Below, in pieces: positions 31,105-41,013 of a DNA stretch of 64,000 nucleotides. The translations under genes and the position numbers were made by a program. Position 1 is the stretch's first letter; every line of letters starts with the position of its first letter. The notes beneath the pieces were generated by a model. The model saw only the letters and a program-made list of their open reading frames with translations. It searched no databases and had not been told where the DNA came from. This stretch comes from Methanomassiliicoccaceae archaeon (GTDB lineage: Archaea; Thermoplasmatota; Thermoplasmata; Methanomassiliicoccales; Methanomethylophilaceae): assembly GCA_016281925.1 (NCBI GenBank), contig JAEEJP010000034.1:33665-97664 (forward strand). The letters run 5' to 3'.

Positions 31105-31617
31105 ATGGAAAAATTGGACAAATACTTCGGCGGATACCCGTCGCAGAACAAGGTCGCCCGCCTGCTTTTCTCGCACGGCATCAAGGTGATCGACGGAAAA
31201 GCCTTCTGCGGGGAGATTGTGCAGAGCGATTCCGCGATCGGCCGCGCGGCCAAAGTTGACAGAAGAGTCGTCCGCACCACGTTGGAACGCATATCCTCCA
31301 TACCCGAGCTGGATTCCATCTACTCAAAACTGGAATGCATGCTGTCCATGGAGGATCTGGCGCCAGAAATAGGGTGCTCCACGATCAAGATAATACCCAC
31401 CGACGCAAAGATGTCGGGGATCGTGTCCGGGATAACCGACATCCTTTACAGGCACGGCCTCTCGATAAGGCAGGCCGCCGTCGATGACAAAGGGGACAGG
31501 GAACAGTCGGTGCTCACTGTAGTGATAGATGGGACCGTCCCTCCCGAGCTCATCCCGGAGCTGAGAGCTTCCCGCGGCGTATCCAGCATCATACTGAAGG
31601 TGAAGGAAAAGGTTTGA
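31105..31617 (+). CDS. ACT-domain regulator of amino acid metabolism (archaeal)
   Basis: FGGYPSQ.KVA..IGRAAKVDRRVV; C-terminal ACT domain (GIVSGIT..LSIRQ). Confidence 0.8.
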   Translation: MEKLDKYFGGYPSQNKVARLLFSHGIKVIDGKAFCGEIVQSDSAIGRAAKVDRRVVRTTLERISSIPELDSIYSKLECMLSMEDLAPEIGCSTIKIIPTDAKMSGIVSGITDILYRHGLSIRQAAVDDKGDREQSVLTVVIDGTVPPELIPELRASRGVSSIILKVKEKV

Positions 31618-31626
31618 ATGCGGAGA

Positions 31627-31935
31627 TCAGACGTACCTGACCGCGGTGCCGTAGGCGATGACCTCTGCGGCGCCCTGCATGACGGACGAAGTGGCGTATC
31701 TCGCGCATACTACAGCGTCAGCGCCCAATTTCTGTGCCTCTTCGACCATCCTGTCCTCAGCCAGCTTGCGCGCATCGTTCATCATCTTGGTGTAATCGAC
31801 AAGCTCGCCTCCGACGATGGATTTTAGCCCCTGCCCGATGTCGCGGCCGATGTTCTTGGATTGGATGGTGCTGCCTTTGACGATTCCGAGCACTTCGTAA
31901 TCTCTGCCTATCTTCTCGACTGTGCATATCAGCAT
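31627..31935 (-). CDS. YbjQ/UPF0145 family protein
   Basis: LGIVKGS..GLKSIVGGEL..YT..AR..LGADAVV..AYGTAV. Confidence 0.9.
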   Translation of the reverse strand: MLICTVEKIGRDYEVLGIVKGSTIQSKNIGRDIGQGLKSIVGGELVDYTKMMNDARKLAEDRMVEEAQKLGADAVVCARYATSSVMQGAAEVIAYGTAVRYV

Positions 31936-31988
31936 GACGATCGGACCGCGAATGCCTGTGCCCGATATAATTATGCTCACCGAAGCCA

Positions 31989-31996
31989 TTTTAAAT
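31989..31996 (+). promoter_or_regulatory. TATA box upstream of the RNase P RNA
   Basis: TTTTAAAT about 20-25 nt upstream of the predicted 5' end. Confidence 0.55.
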
Positions 31997-32013
31997 GACC
32001 CGAAGATTCGCGG

Positions 32014-32319
32014 GATGTCAGGAGATGGAGGACGGCCGACGGTAGGCGCAAGCCAGCTGAGGAAGTTCCCTCCTCCCAGGGCAAGATGGACCGGCGCAAG
32101 CCGGTACGGCGAGAGCCGTGGCAAGGGCCCAGAAACGACACAGATCCGACGCATAGGATGATCCGCCAGGCGGTGACGTTCCCGGAGATTTGGTGAAACG
32201 GCGACTCCCCATCGGAGCAAGTTCATACAGCCGGGATGAACGGCCCGCGACCGGCGGGTAGAACGCGAAGTTGAATGCCGTCTGAAACAGAAGGGGGGCT
32301 ATTACCACCACCTGACACC
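32014..32319 (+). ncRNA. rnpB: archaeal RNase P RNA
   Basis: GAGGAAGTTCC, CAGAAAC, GGTGAAACGGC, GGAGCAAG and AACAGAAGGGGGGCT conserved regions; terminal helix TGTCAGG/CCTGACA followed by a T-run. Confidence 0.92.
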
Positions 32320-32324
32320 TTTTT

Positions 32325-33314
32325 TCATCCGAACATGAAGTCGCTGAATCTGGCGCTTTTTTTGCCGACAAGAGCGAGAAGATCTCCGTCGCGGCTGTCG
32401 ACGGCGGCTATCGACGTCTTCGCCAGGATCGCTACGATTTCCGGGGTCAGATCGATGCCCATCAGCGGCAGCGTGTATCTGTACCCTATGCTGTACCCTT
32501 TCTTCACCTTCGTGAGGCAGAACGCGCCCATCCTCATCGAGGAATTGATCGCATCGATGGATTCCAGCGCGGCGGCCTTCCTGTCGGCCGATACGACTAT
32601 AGCCGATTTGATCCTGATAGTCAGGCACCCGTCGCTGACGTAGACGCCGACGAACATCTGCATGTCGTCGCCCTGGAGGCCGAACATCACTATGTCCTTC
32701 TTCACGCTGTAATCCACGTCCAGAAGTTTCATGGCGTCTTTGACGGTCTCCAGCGCGGATACGTCGGGATCCTCCGCCAGAAGACTGAGATCGTCCCAGC
32801 TTCCGAATACGGAGTCCATGATGATGCCCATGACCGAAGAAAGCTCCTCGGCGCTGATGTCGAGCTTCTTCCAGGGGATGGCGTATACCTCGGCGACCAT
32901 GCTGCTCTCCGAATCTATGGGGATCATGACGTATCTTCCGAGAAGATCCCCTGCGTTGTTCATGTCGGAAATCGCTTTGCGGGCCTTGAATCCGCAGCGA
33001 TGAGGTATCCTCAGTTTTGCCGGGCCGCATATGAACGCCAGAGCATCCCCGTCGACGTACGCCTGGGCATGGACCACCTTCCCCTCGGATTCGGCGATGA
33101 AATTGATGCATCTGTCGCTCTCGTTGTAGCTGTATTGGTCGCAGCCCATAACCCCCAGAGCGTCTCTGACTTTCGACAGAACATCCGACCCATCATACGC
33201 CAGAGGCTTCGGATCGATGGCTCCCACCTCCAGACCGCCATTCCCGGTTGCAGCCATGAATATCGTATCATTTCCGACAGTTAAACATATTTTCCTACCA
33301 TGCGCATAGGACAT
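32325..33314 (-). CDS. hypothetical protein with two repeated YbjN-like domains
   Basis: Repeated units 'VRDALGVMG..AISDMN..GRY' and 'VKDAMKLLD..SIDAIN..GAF'. Confidence 0.55.
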   Translation of the reverse strand: MSYAHGRKICLTVGNDTIFMAATGNGGLEVGAIDPKPLAYDGSDVLSKVRDALGVMGCDQYSYNESDRCINFIAESEGKVVHAQAYVDGDALAFICGPAKLRIPHRCGFKARKAISDMNNAGDLLGRYVMIPIDSESSMVAEVYAIPWKKLDISAEELSSVMGIIMDSVFGSWDDLSLLAEDPDVSALETVKDAMKLLDVDYSVKKDIVMFGLQGDDMQMFVGVYVSDGCLTIRIKSAIVVSADRKAAALESIDAINSSMRMGAFCLTKVKKGYSIGYRYTLPLMGIDLTPEIVAILAKTSIAAVDSRDGDLLALVGKKSARFSDFMFG

Positions 33315-33357
33315 TGATAAGTACTATTTTCCCGATTACAATCCGGAAGCTGAATCT

Positions 33358-34578
33358 ATGATCCTCAACCGCTGTCCCAAATGTTCCCCTGAGACCGGAA
33401 TACGCATCAAACCGCCGGAAAAGACGCTGGAAGAAGTTATGCCGCTGCTGGAGAAAGCCGGCCTGGATGCCCCCGAGAACATCACATCCAAGGATAACGT
33501 CGGGATACCCGTGTATTCGGTGAGACGCGGCGAGACCGCCCTGGGAGTCCCGAAATTCTACAACGGGAAAGGGGCGACCCCGGCGCAGGCGGAAGCGTCG
33601 GCCGTCATGGAATCCATCGAAAGATACAGCGCGGAACAGCGCGATTCCGACGAGATCGTGTACGGCACCTACGAGCAGGCCAAAGAGGTCATGATGGCCA
33701 TCAACCCCGTGGATCTTATCCTCCCCCTGAGGGTCCTGGACCATCTTAAAGGCCAGCAGATCGCCTGGACCGAAGGATTCGAGATGTTCAGAGGATGCCC
33801 CATCTGGGTGCCTGCCTGCGCGGTTTATTATCCGTACAAACCGGACGGCGATTACCAGCTGTTCAGATGGCACACCAACGGGATAGCCAGCGGCAACACC
33901 ATGGAAGAGGCCATACTCCACGCGCTCTTCGAGGACATCGAAAGGGACGCATGGTCCATAGCCGAATACAGGGACACCTGCAGAGCGGATGTCACCGTCG
34001 AAGACGAGAGCTCGGTGCCCGGGCGGCTCCTGAAGAAGTTCGCGGAACAGGGGATAGAGATCCACCTGAAGGATCTTACCACAGATCTGGGGATAACCAC
34101 CATCGGCGCCGCCGCGGACGACGTGAAGACGAAAGACCCGGAGATGCTCACTATAGGGGTGGGCACCCACCTGGACCCGGAGATAGCCGCCGTCAGGGCG
34201 ATCACCGAAGTCGCCCAAAGCAGAGCTACGCACAAGCACGGGTCGAAGATCAACGCCCAGCTGCAGAAAGTGACCCGCGATATGGGCTACGAGAAGATCA
34301 AAAAGGTCAACAGGCTGTGGTATGCCGGCCTGCCCAGGAAGACTGCTTTGGAGGACATGGAGAACAAAGCCACGCCGTACGTCCTCGACGACATCGAAGT
34401 CGTCCTGGGAAGCCTTATGGACAACGGATTCGATACCGTGGCGGCGGTGGACCTCACCCGCCCGGAAATCGGGGTCCCGACGGTCAGGATGATAGTCCCA
34501 GGCCTTGAGGTCAGCACCATGGACCCCGAAAGGGAAGGAGGGAGACTCAGCGGTATGTGGCCCCCGCGCCGCGGATGA
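33358..34578 (+). CDS. ycaO: YcaO-family McrA glycine thioamidation protein (methanogenesis marker 1)
   Basis: YNGKG..ASAVMESIERYS, TNGIASGN..EAILHALFEDIERDA, RAITEVAQSR, VRMIVPGLE. Confidence 0.92.
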   Translation: MILNRCPKCSPETGIRIKPPEKTLEEVMPLLEKAGLDAPENITSKDNVGIPVYSVRRGETALGVPKFYNGKGATPAQAEASAVMESIERYSAEQRDSDEIVYGTYEQAKEVMMAINPVDLILPLRVLDHLKGQQIAWTEGFEMFRGCPIWVPACAVYYPYKPDGDYQLFRWHTNGIASGNTMEEAILHALFEDIERDAWSIAEYRDTCRADVTVEDESSVPGRLLKKFAEQGIEIHLKDLTTDLGITTIGAAADDVKTKDPEMLTIGVGTHLDPEIAAVRAITEVAQSRATHKHGSKINAQLQKVTRDMGYEKIKKVNRLWYAGLPRKTALEDMENKATPYVLDDIEVVLGSLMDNGFDTVAAVDLTRPEIGVPTVRMIVPGLEVSTMDPEREGGRLSGMWPPRRG

Positions 34579-35264
34579 TAGCCATGCTGGATGGGATAAA
34601 AGCAGTCGGATTCGATATGGACGGGACGTTCCTTAAGACGCACGTCGATTACTCCGAGCTCGGAGCGGTCGACCGCGGCATACTGGAATCCCGCGGGATA
34701 CCTTTCGACGAGGTATACACCCGCGAATTCATCAAAAGGCCGCGCTGGCCGATAAAAGACTGGCTGGAATCCCATGGCCGCGGAGACGAATTCGACGCCG
34801 TCTCCGGGGAGATAGACGCCGCAATGACCGCCGTGGAGAAGGAATACGTCTCGGAAGCGGTGCCATACCCGAAATCCAGGGAATGCCTGGCCGAACTGAG
34901 GGCAATGGGCCTGAAGACCGGGCTGCTGACGCGCGGAAGCCTGGAATACGCCGAAGCCGCCCTGGAAGTCACCGGCACCAGGGACGGGTTCGACGCCGTC
35001 ATGGGGAGGGACCACTCCTCCTACGACGAAGCCAAGCCATCCCCGGCTGCCATGAGGCAATTCGCATCGCTTCTGGGCGTCGATCCCTCCGAAATCCTCT
35101 ACGTCGGCGACAACATAACCGATTATATGTCGGCGCACGGGGCCGGAGCGCAGTTCGCCGGCGTCCTGACCGGAAGAGGGACGGAAGAGAAATGGAGGGA
35201 AACCGACCCCTCCATCTACATCCTGGAATATGCCGGGGACTGCGTCGGCCTGTTCAGAAGCTGA
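34575..35264 (+). CDS. HAD-superfamily hydrolase
   Basis: FDMDGT, KPSP, YVGDNITD. Confidence 0.9.
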   Translation: MIAMLDGIKAVGFDMDGTFLKTHVDYSELGAVDRGILESRGIPFDEVYTREFIKRPRWPIKDWLESHGRGDEFDAVSGEIDAAMTAVEKEYVSEAVPYPKSRECLAELRAMGLKTGLLTRGSLEYAEAALEVTGTRDGFDAVMGRDHSSYDEAKPSPAAMRQFASLLGVDPSEILYVGDNITDYMSAHGAGAQFAGVLTGRGTEEKWRETDPSIYILEYAGDCVGLFRS

Positions 35265-36633
35265 GGCCGCAATCGGCGAGAGTGTCTAGAGCGGAATCGT
35301 AGACCCCGAGGTATTCCTGGAGCGGAGTGGCGTCGTTGACATTGTAGCACTCCTGATAGGTCTTCCCCGGAGGCGCGAACGAGAAATTGAGCTCGTACTT
35401 GGAGACTATCTTGTCGAGGATTCTGTTGACTTCGGATATTTCCATGCCGCAGGTGGCCGCGGAAGCCTCCCCCAGCATCCTCGCTTCCAAGCCGGTGGCC
35501 TTGTCCAGCGCGACCCCCTTTGCCGAAGCGACTCCGGACAGGAGCTCCCTTCCAGATGCGGTATCGGCTATCGCCTGCGCGGCGACCTCGAGAAGGCACA
35601 TCTCGGTGCAGGGGCCGGCCATGGCATAGTACTGGTTGGCCAGCAGCAGGTCTGTGTTGTAATCCAGAGCCGCGGCGGCATGGGCTGCGACCTGCAGAGT
35701 CTCCCTAGTGGTCGTGGTTCCCCATCTGATATGGATGGGCCCGTCCAGATGTATGTCGGCATTGAAGGCCGCGAACGATGCCAGAGTGGTTGCGACATCG
35801 CAGATCGCCGTCTCTTCCACTCCGCCGGCATATCCGCCGAACATAGGCATCTGCTCGATCATGATTATGTCCCCGGCGGAATGCCACCCGGATATTATGT
35901 TCAGAGCGCCCATATCGATCTTGAGCTCGTTGAGCTGGGAGCACTCGTGGGGATCGTACATCCTCATGCCGTTTGATCCGAGCCCTGCGGCCAGACGTCC
36001 GTCCGGCGAGAGCGGGGTCTGCGGGCCCTATATCCCCATCCCGGGCCTCCCTGAATTGGCGACGGCCTCGCGGACGTATCTGACCTCGGCCATGGTGGCT
36101 TTGATCTCCCAGGGCGTGTTGGTAAGCACCTGATGGCCGTCCACGGTCTCCAGGACGCCGCTGACGATGCTGTCCACCATGGGCTCGTCCGCATAGGACT
36201 CTATTATCGATGTGAAGATCTCCTCGGACACCGGGGCGCCGGTGGGCCCGCCTTGGATGATGGGCCTTTTCTTGGAATTCCCGACGCGGGCCTTGCATTT
36301 GCACCTGTCCTTTCCGTGGCCGATATTGAGCTTGCGGGGAGCCATCTTGATCCCCTCGTAGAGCTCATCCTCGTCGATGTGCATGACGCGGCCCAGATCT
36401 ATGTTGTAGATGCCGGTCTCAAGCAGCATATCCACTCCGGCCAGGAAAAGATTGTCTGCCATGTCCTGGTCCTCAGGGACGATGTTTCCGCCGAAATCCA
36501 GGTCGTAGCGGTCCTTCATGAGGACTGCGGTGCTGTGGACTATATTGTAGTCCCAGTAAGGCTCCTGAACCTTGTCCCCTTGGGTGAAGCGGTCGTACGC
36601 CTCGAAAACGTCTACGTATCTGCGGGCTGCCAT
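35254..36633 (-). CDS. mtmB: monomethylamine:corrinoid methyltransferase (pyrrolysine at TAG 36028-36030)
   Basis: GGPTGAP, GRPGMGI*GPQTPLS matches the canonical Pyl site; QLNELKID, EQMPMFGGYAGG, DGPIHIRWG, SGVASAKG. Confidence 0.96.
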
Positions 36634-36804
36634 TCTACCTTGATAGTGGATGCAATGCCATATTTATAATATTGCTTTTTGAAGTGCCGTTTTGAACAAA
36701 ATTAGGCATCGTTTAGATTCTATTATATATCAGATCGGGAAAAATCGCGTCATTTTTAAGAAAAGATTAAATATAGTTCTTTTTGGGCGCTGTCATGCGG
36801 ATTT
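36634..36804 (-). promoter_or_regulatory. AT-rich mtmC-mtmB intergenic region with a TATA-like box at about 36661-36670
   Basis: Minus strand ATTATAAATA about 28 nt upstream of the mtmB ATG. Confidence 0.45.
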
Positions 36805-37476
36805 TTACGGGTTTCCGGTGCGGCGCATCATGAGCCTGTCCACCAGATCTACGATCTCCGAACCCGATGCCGAATAGCCGTCTCCGCCGATTTTGTCCAC
36901 CCATTCCTTGCTGCAGGGAGCCCCGCCGAATATCATCATCACGGAGGACTTCTCCTCTGCGGCCGTCTGGACCATGTTCTTCTGCATCTTCAGAGTGGTG
37001 GTCATCAGCGCAGAACCGCCGATTATGTCGGCAGAATTGTCTTTGGCGGCCTTCAGAAAATCGTCCGGAGACACGTCCGGGCCCAGATCTATGACGCGGT
37101 AGCCGGCGCCGCGCAGCATAGCGCAGCACACGTTCTTGCCGATCTCGTGGATGTCGCCTTCCACGGAGCCCATGACGATCGTCCCGCGGTATGCCTTGTC
37201 GCCGTTCCCGATTATAGGCTCGAGCTTCTTCATGGCTTCTTCGACGGTCTTCGAAGCGGCGACCACCTGGGGCAGATAAATCTTGGCGCTGTCGAACTGC
37301 TTGCCGATGGATTCCATGCCTTTGCCGAGCCCCTGGGACATTATCACATCGAAAGGGATGCCCGCATCCAGCGCCTGATCGACGCTCCTTTCCATAAGAC
37401 CGAAATCGCTTGTCTCCACGGACTTGCACAGATTCTTCAGGATGCGCTTTTCCTGGGATGCCGGCGTGACAACCAC
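36805..37476 (-). CDS. mtmC: methylamine-specific corrinoid protein
   Basis: B12-binding EGDIHEIGKN..DLG.DV..GGSALMTTT..GGAP; adjacent to mtmB. Confidence 0.88.
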   Translation of the reverse strand: MVVTPASQEKRILKNLCKSVETSDFGLMERSVDQALDAGIPFDVIMSQGLGKGMESIGKQFDSAKIYLPQVVAASKTVEEAMKKLEPIIGNGDKAYRGTIVMGSVEGDIHEIGKNVCCAMLRGAGYRVIDLGPDVSPDDFLKAAKDNSADIIGGSALMTTTLKMQKNMVQTAAEEKSSVMMIFGGAPCSKEWVDKIGGDGYSASGSEIVDLVDRLMMRRTGNP

Positions 37477-37599
37477 CGCAGCAGAATCTCGGTCGTATTA
37501 TTTAAAACAGAACATGAGGATAGTTTAAGATAAAAATCCGGCAAATCTTGCCGATATAATGGAAGGAAGGGACGGATGGCCCCGCCCCTGTTTTTGAGG

Positions 37600-37875
37600 T
37601 CAGAGAATTAATCTGAGAACCTTGGACTCTCCCTCGAAAGTGTTGCCGGCGAGGTTCGCCGCACTGGGGGAAAGCTTGGTGCTCCCGTCGTAGAACGACA
37701 GGCCGTAGAATGCGTTGGTCCCGATCTTGCCGATCAAAGAGGCGAACTCTATGTACTCCAGGCCGGTGCAGTACGCGAAGGAGCTGGTGCCTATCGACGT
37801 CACACCTTCGTATATGATCACCGACTGCAGCCCGGAGCACCTGTAGAAGGCGCGCATGCCGGCGTCCGCTCCCAT
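37600..37875 (-). pseudogene. BspA-type leucine-rich-repeat adhesin C-terminal fragment
   Basis: AFYRCSGLQSV..GVTSIG..FAYCTGL repeats; tail NLAGNTFEG..KVL resembles the end of the gene at 62328. Confidence 0.6.
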
Positions 37876-38122
37876 CCGGAGAGCGTTATGCCGTCGGGCG
37901 GCGGGAATTGTAGCTCATAGGTGGAAATTATGGCCGGCAGGATAGATAAATGCTGGCATATCGAACTGAATGGGGGCTCCGCCGGCGTCCGGCAGGAATG
38001 AAAAGGGCATGAGCCGCATTTCGCCCGGCGTGTGCGGAGGAAAAAGGAAAGGACAAAAAAAGCCGGCCCGCCCCCTCCGACCGCTCGGAAGGGGCTGGGA
38101 GCCGAAAGTTTTCGGGCGGGGA

Positions 38123-40876
38123 TCACTGGGATCCGTCGCCGAGGGTGTGGACCCTGTCCAGCACCTTGACTTCCTCGAGGTCCTCGTATCTGAACCTCTT
38201 GGCGTTGCCGGAGAATGCCTTGTCGGCGGGCAGGAGCTTCTTCATGGTCTGCATCAGAGTGCTTCCCATGCCCATAAGGTTCTTGGTCATGTTGATGCCG
38301 AACCTTGTGGAGCCGCAGACCACGTGCCCGGGGTTGACCACATCGTGGGGATCCAGGACGGTCTTGAGCTCCCTCATCTTGGCGACGGTGGCGGCGCTGT
38401 GTATGTTGTCCAGGTTCCAGGCGAAGAACACGCCGAATCCGGTGCTCCTTCCGCCGTATTCCGCCGCGACGTCGCCGAGGTAGAAGTTGTACCCGAAGGA
38501 CAGCATGCCGGTGATCATCTCGTCGTCCTTGAAGTAGTAAGGCATGAACAGGGTGGTGGACCTGTCGACCATGACACCGATGATCCCTCCGGCCTCCATC
38601 TTCATCTCCTTGAAGCCTTCGTAGCACCTGTCGGTGAATACGCCCCAATCATGGGTCGGGACGATGACTTCGGCGGGGATCTCCCCGACTCCGATGTGCC
38701 TCGCCCTGAATTCGTAGCACCTCTCCTCCCACTCGTGCTCCGCGATCTCGTAGGAGATCTTCCTTCCGCCGTATTTCTCGGCGACGGCGTCGAACCAGGC
38801 CTCTTCCATGCCGTTGTGCTTCTCGTCGCCCTGGAGGGTCACGAGCCACAGGTTGGTGACGTCGGGTGCGTGCCATCCGGCCTTCCTCTGGCCTTCGAAG
38901 TGCAGGTAATCGGACCAGGCTATGTGCAGGGGCCTGACCGAAGCGTCGTTGACGGTCTCCTGCATAGGCTCGTTGATCGCTTTGAGGGTATCGAACTCGT
39001 AAGCCAGGGGCCTGATCTTGCCCATGGGGTAGATCCTGAAGGTGACGGTGGCCATTATGCCGAGGGTTCCCTCCGCTCCGGAGAAGAACTGGTTCAGGTT
39101 GTACATCTGCCTGTAGGACCCGACATTATCGAACCCGGTGGTGACGATGGAACCGTCGTCGACGATGTACACGGAGTTCAGTACGTTCTCTCTGGCGGAT
39201 CCGTATTTGTAGGATCCGACTCCCATACCGTTGGTGGAGATCCATGCCCCGAGGGTGGCCGCGGGGAAGCTCGACGGATAGGAGCCGATGATGTACCCTT
39301 TCTTCATGCATGCTTCGAGCAGGTTCTTCCAGGTGCTTCCCGCCTGGACCTTGACATAAAGCTCCTCCTCGTTGATCTCCAGGACCTTGTTCATCTTGGA
39401 GGACATGTCGATGAGTATCCCCGCGGAGGTGGGCATGCATCCGCCGAGACCCCAGCTGGCGTTCCCCCTGGGTATGACGGCTATCCCGTTCTCGTAGGCG
39501 ATCCTGACGACGCCGGCGATCTGCTCGGGGGTCTCGGGCCTGACGATTATGTCGGGGAGGTTCTTGAATGCCAGGCCGGCCTCCTTGGGGAGGGGAGCCA
39601 TGTCGTGGCTGTACAGGATCCTGTCCATGTCGGTGGTGCTCACGTTCTTCTCGCCGACGATGGCTTTGATCTTCTCGATTATGGCCGGGGTCACCTCGCG
39701 GCTGAGCTTGACGTCTTCGACGGAAGCGCCGAGCATGCCTTCCTCGATCCTCTTGGAAAATGCGTTGGTGGCTTCGTCGCGGTATTTGCTGAAGCATCTG
39801 GAGGAAGACCTCCCTCCCAGCTCCTCGGCTTTGTCGGCGATTCTGTCGATGTCCTCTGCCGAGGGGGTGCCTGCGATCTTGGCTGCCACAGTGCTGCGGT
39901 CGGGGACCGTACCGGCAATCTTCCCGAAGGAAACGGCGCAGTCGAGGAAAGCGGCCAGGTTCTTGAGCGGGACGTAGAATGTGGTGAAATCGGGGTTGAC
40001 GCAGTCGCATCCGACGGATTTGGCCCAGCTGGGCTCTCCGATCTTGCTGGCTCCGAGCTCCTCCATCATCGCGTCGGTGGCTTCGATGTCCGCATTGACG
40101 AAATCCTCGTTGCCCTGGTAAGCGATCTTGGTGCATTTCTCGGCGGCGTTGAACGAGATGTTCAGGGGCTTCAGGGAAGGCTCGTGGACCAGCTTCATGT
40201 ACGCCGCCTGCATGACAGCGAAGTCGGGGAAGCTGTAGGCGGCCACCTTGATGACGCCGAGAGGCGAGACTTTGAGGGTGACCGCGGTGATGAGGCCGAC
40301 CCTTCCGTAGGAGGCCACCATCGTCTGGGTCAGGTTGTACCCGGACATGTAGTATCCGATGTTGTCGTATCCGGTCTCGAAAGAATCGCCGTTGCAGTCT
40401 ACGGCATATACATTGTAGATGCAGTCCTTGATGGTGCCGTATTTGTAGGATCCCAGGACGGCGTCCTCGGAATACACGAAATCTTCGACGGTGGCTCCGG
40501 CTTTTCCGGGGTATGCGCCCAAGGTGAAGCCTTTCTCGTTGACGGCGGCCTCCAGATCGGCGATCTTGCATCCGACCTGGACCTTGACCGTCATCGCGAC
40601 TTCGTCGAAGCACAGGATCTCGGACATGCCGGACATATCGACGTAGACCTGGCCCTTCTGGGAGCCTTTCTTTCTGGCGAGAGACGTCGCTCCCGCGCCG
40701 GCGGCGAGGATTCTGGGGATGGCCCTGGCGATCTCGGATTCGTCGGCGGGCTTGAAGACGGCGATGCCGTCGGTCACCGTGGTTTTTCCGATGAGGGCGG
40801 CCAGCTGGCTCATGATTTCGGGCGTGACTTTGGAATTGTCTGCTCCTATGGACTTCATGTGGGTCTCGACCTCCAT
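38123..40876 (-). CDS. tandem-duplicated FAD-binding oxidoreductase (GlcD/VAO family)
   Basis: Two modules each with GSYKYG..TG..YNL.Q; PRGNAS, GAEGTLG and DPHDVVNPG in the second module. Confidence 0.85.
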   Translation of the reverse strand: MEVETHMKSIGADNSKVTPEIMSQLAALIGKTTVTDGIAVFKPADESEIARAIPRILAAGAGATSLARKKGSQKGQVYVDMSGMSEILCFDEVAMTVKVQVGCKIADLEAAVNEKGFTLGAYPGKAGATVEDFVYSEDAVLGSYKYGTIKDCIYNVYAVDCNGDSFETGYDNIGYYMSGYNLTQTMVASYGRVGLITAVTLKVSPLGVIKVAAYSFPDFAVMQAAYMKLVHEPSLKPLNISFNAAEKCTKIAYQGNEDFVNADIEATDAMMEELGASKIGEPSWAKSVGCDCVNPDFTTFYVPLKNLAAFLDCAVSFGKIAGTVPDRSTVAAKIAGTPSAEDIDRIADKAEELGGRSSSRCFSKYRDEATNAFSKRIEEGMLGASVEDVKLSREVTPAIIEKIKAIVGEKNVSTTDMDRILYSHDMAPLPKEAGLAFKNLPDIIVRPETPEQIAGVVRIAYENGIAVIPRGNASWGLGGCMPTSAGILIDMSSKMNKVLEINEEELYVKVQAGSTWKNLLEACMKKGYIIGSYPSSFPAATLGAWISTNGMGVGSYKYGSARENVLNSVYIVDDGSIVTTGFDNVGSYRQMYNLNQFFSGAEGTLGIMATVTFRIYPMGKIRPLAYEFDTLKAINEPMQETVNDASVRPLHIAWSDYLHFEGQRKAGWHAPDVTNLWLVTLQGDEKHNGMEEAWFDAVAEKYGGRKISYEIAEHEWEERCYEFRARHIGVGEIPAEVIVPTHDWGVFTDRCYEGFKEMKMEAGGIIGVMVDRSTTLFMPYYFKDDEMITGMLSFGYNFYLGDVAAEYGGRSTGFGVFFAWNLDNIHSAATVAKMRELKTVLDPHDVVNPGHVVCGSTRFGINMTKNLMGMGSTLMQTMKKLLPADKAFSGNAKRFRYEDLEEVKVLDRVHTLGDGSQ

Positions 40877-41013
40877 TCAGCTTGAATGGATAATAATAAA
40901 GGCGGGTACAACGTGGTTGATTAAAAAGTTTGGCCAGAACCGGAAGCCCCGGCCGGAACCCCGCCGGGAGAAAACCGGGCGCCGGGATCGTCTGGGATGC
41001 CGGCGCCGGAAGA

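Noticed and set aside
31936-32371. ORFs 31627-32226 (N-terminal extension) and 32018-32371
   Set aside because: They overlap the RNase P RNA; the YbjQ protein starts at 31935
201-36633. Calling the TAG-split genes (PHP, LicC-like, PP-loop/SEL1, mtmB) pseudogenes or gene pairs
   Set aside because: Each has a single in-frame TAG, no frameshift and intact motifs on both sides; the mtmB TAG is the canonical Pyl site
37970-40885. Long antisense or alternate-frame ORFs (e.g. 37970-40885 +, 19184-21247 -, 57383-59488 -, 28693-30675 +)
   Set aside because: Shadow ORFs of GC-rich genes with no recognisable motifs, overlapping well-supported CDSs
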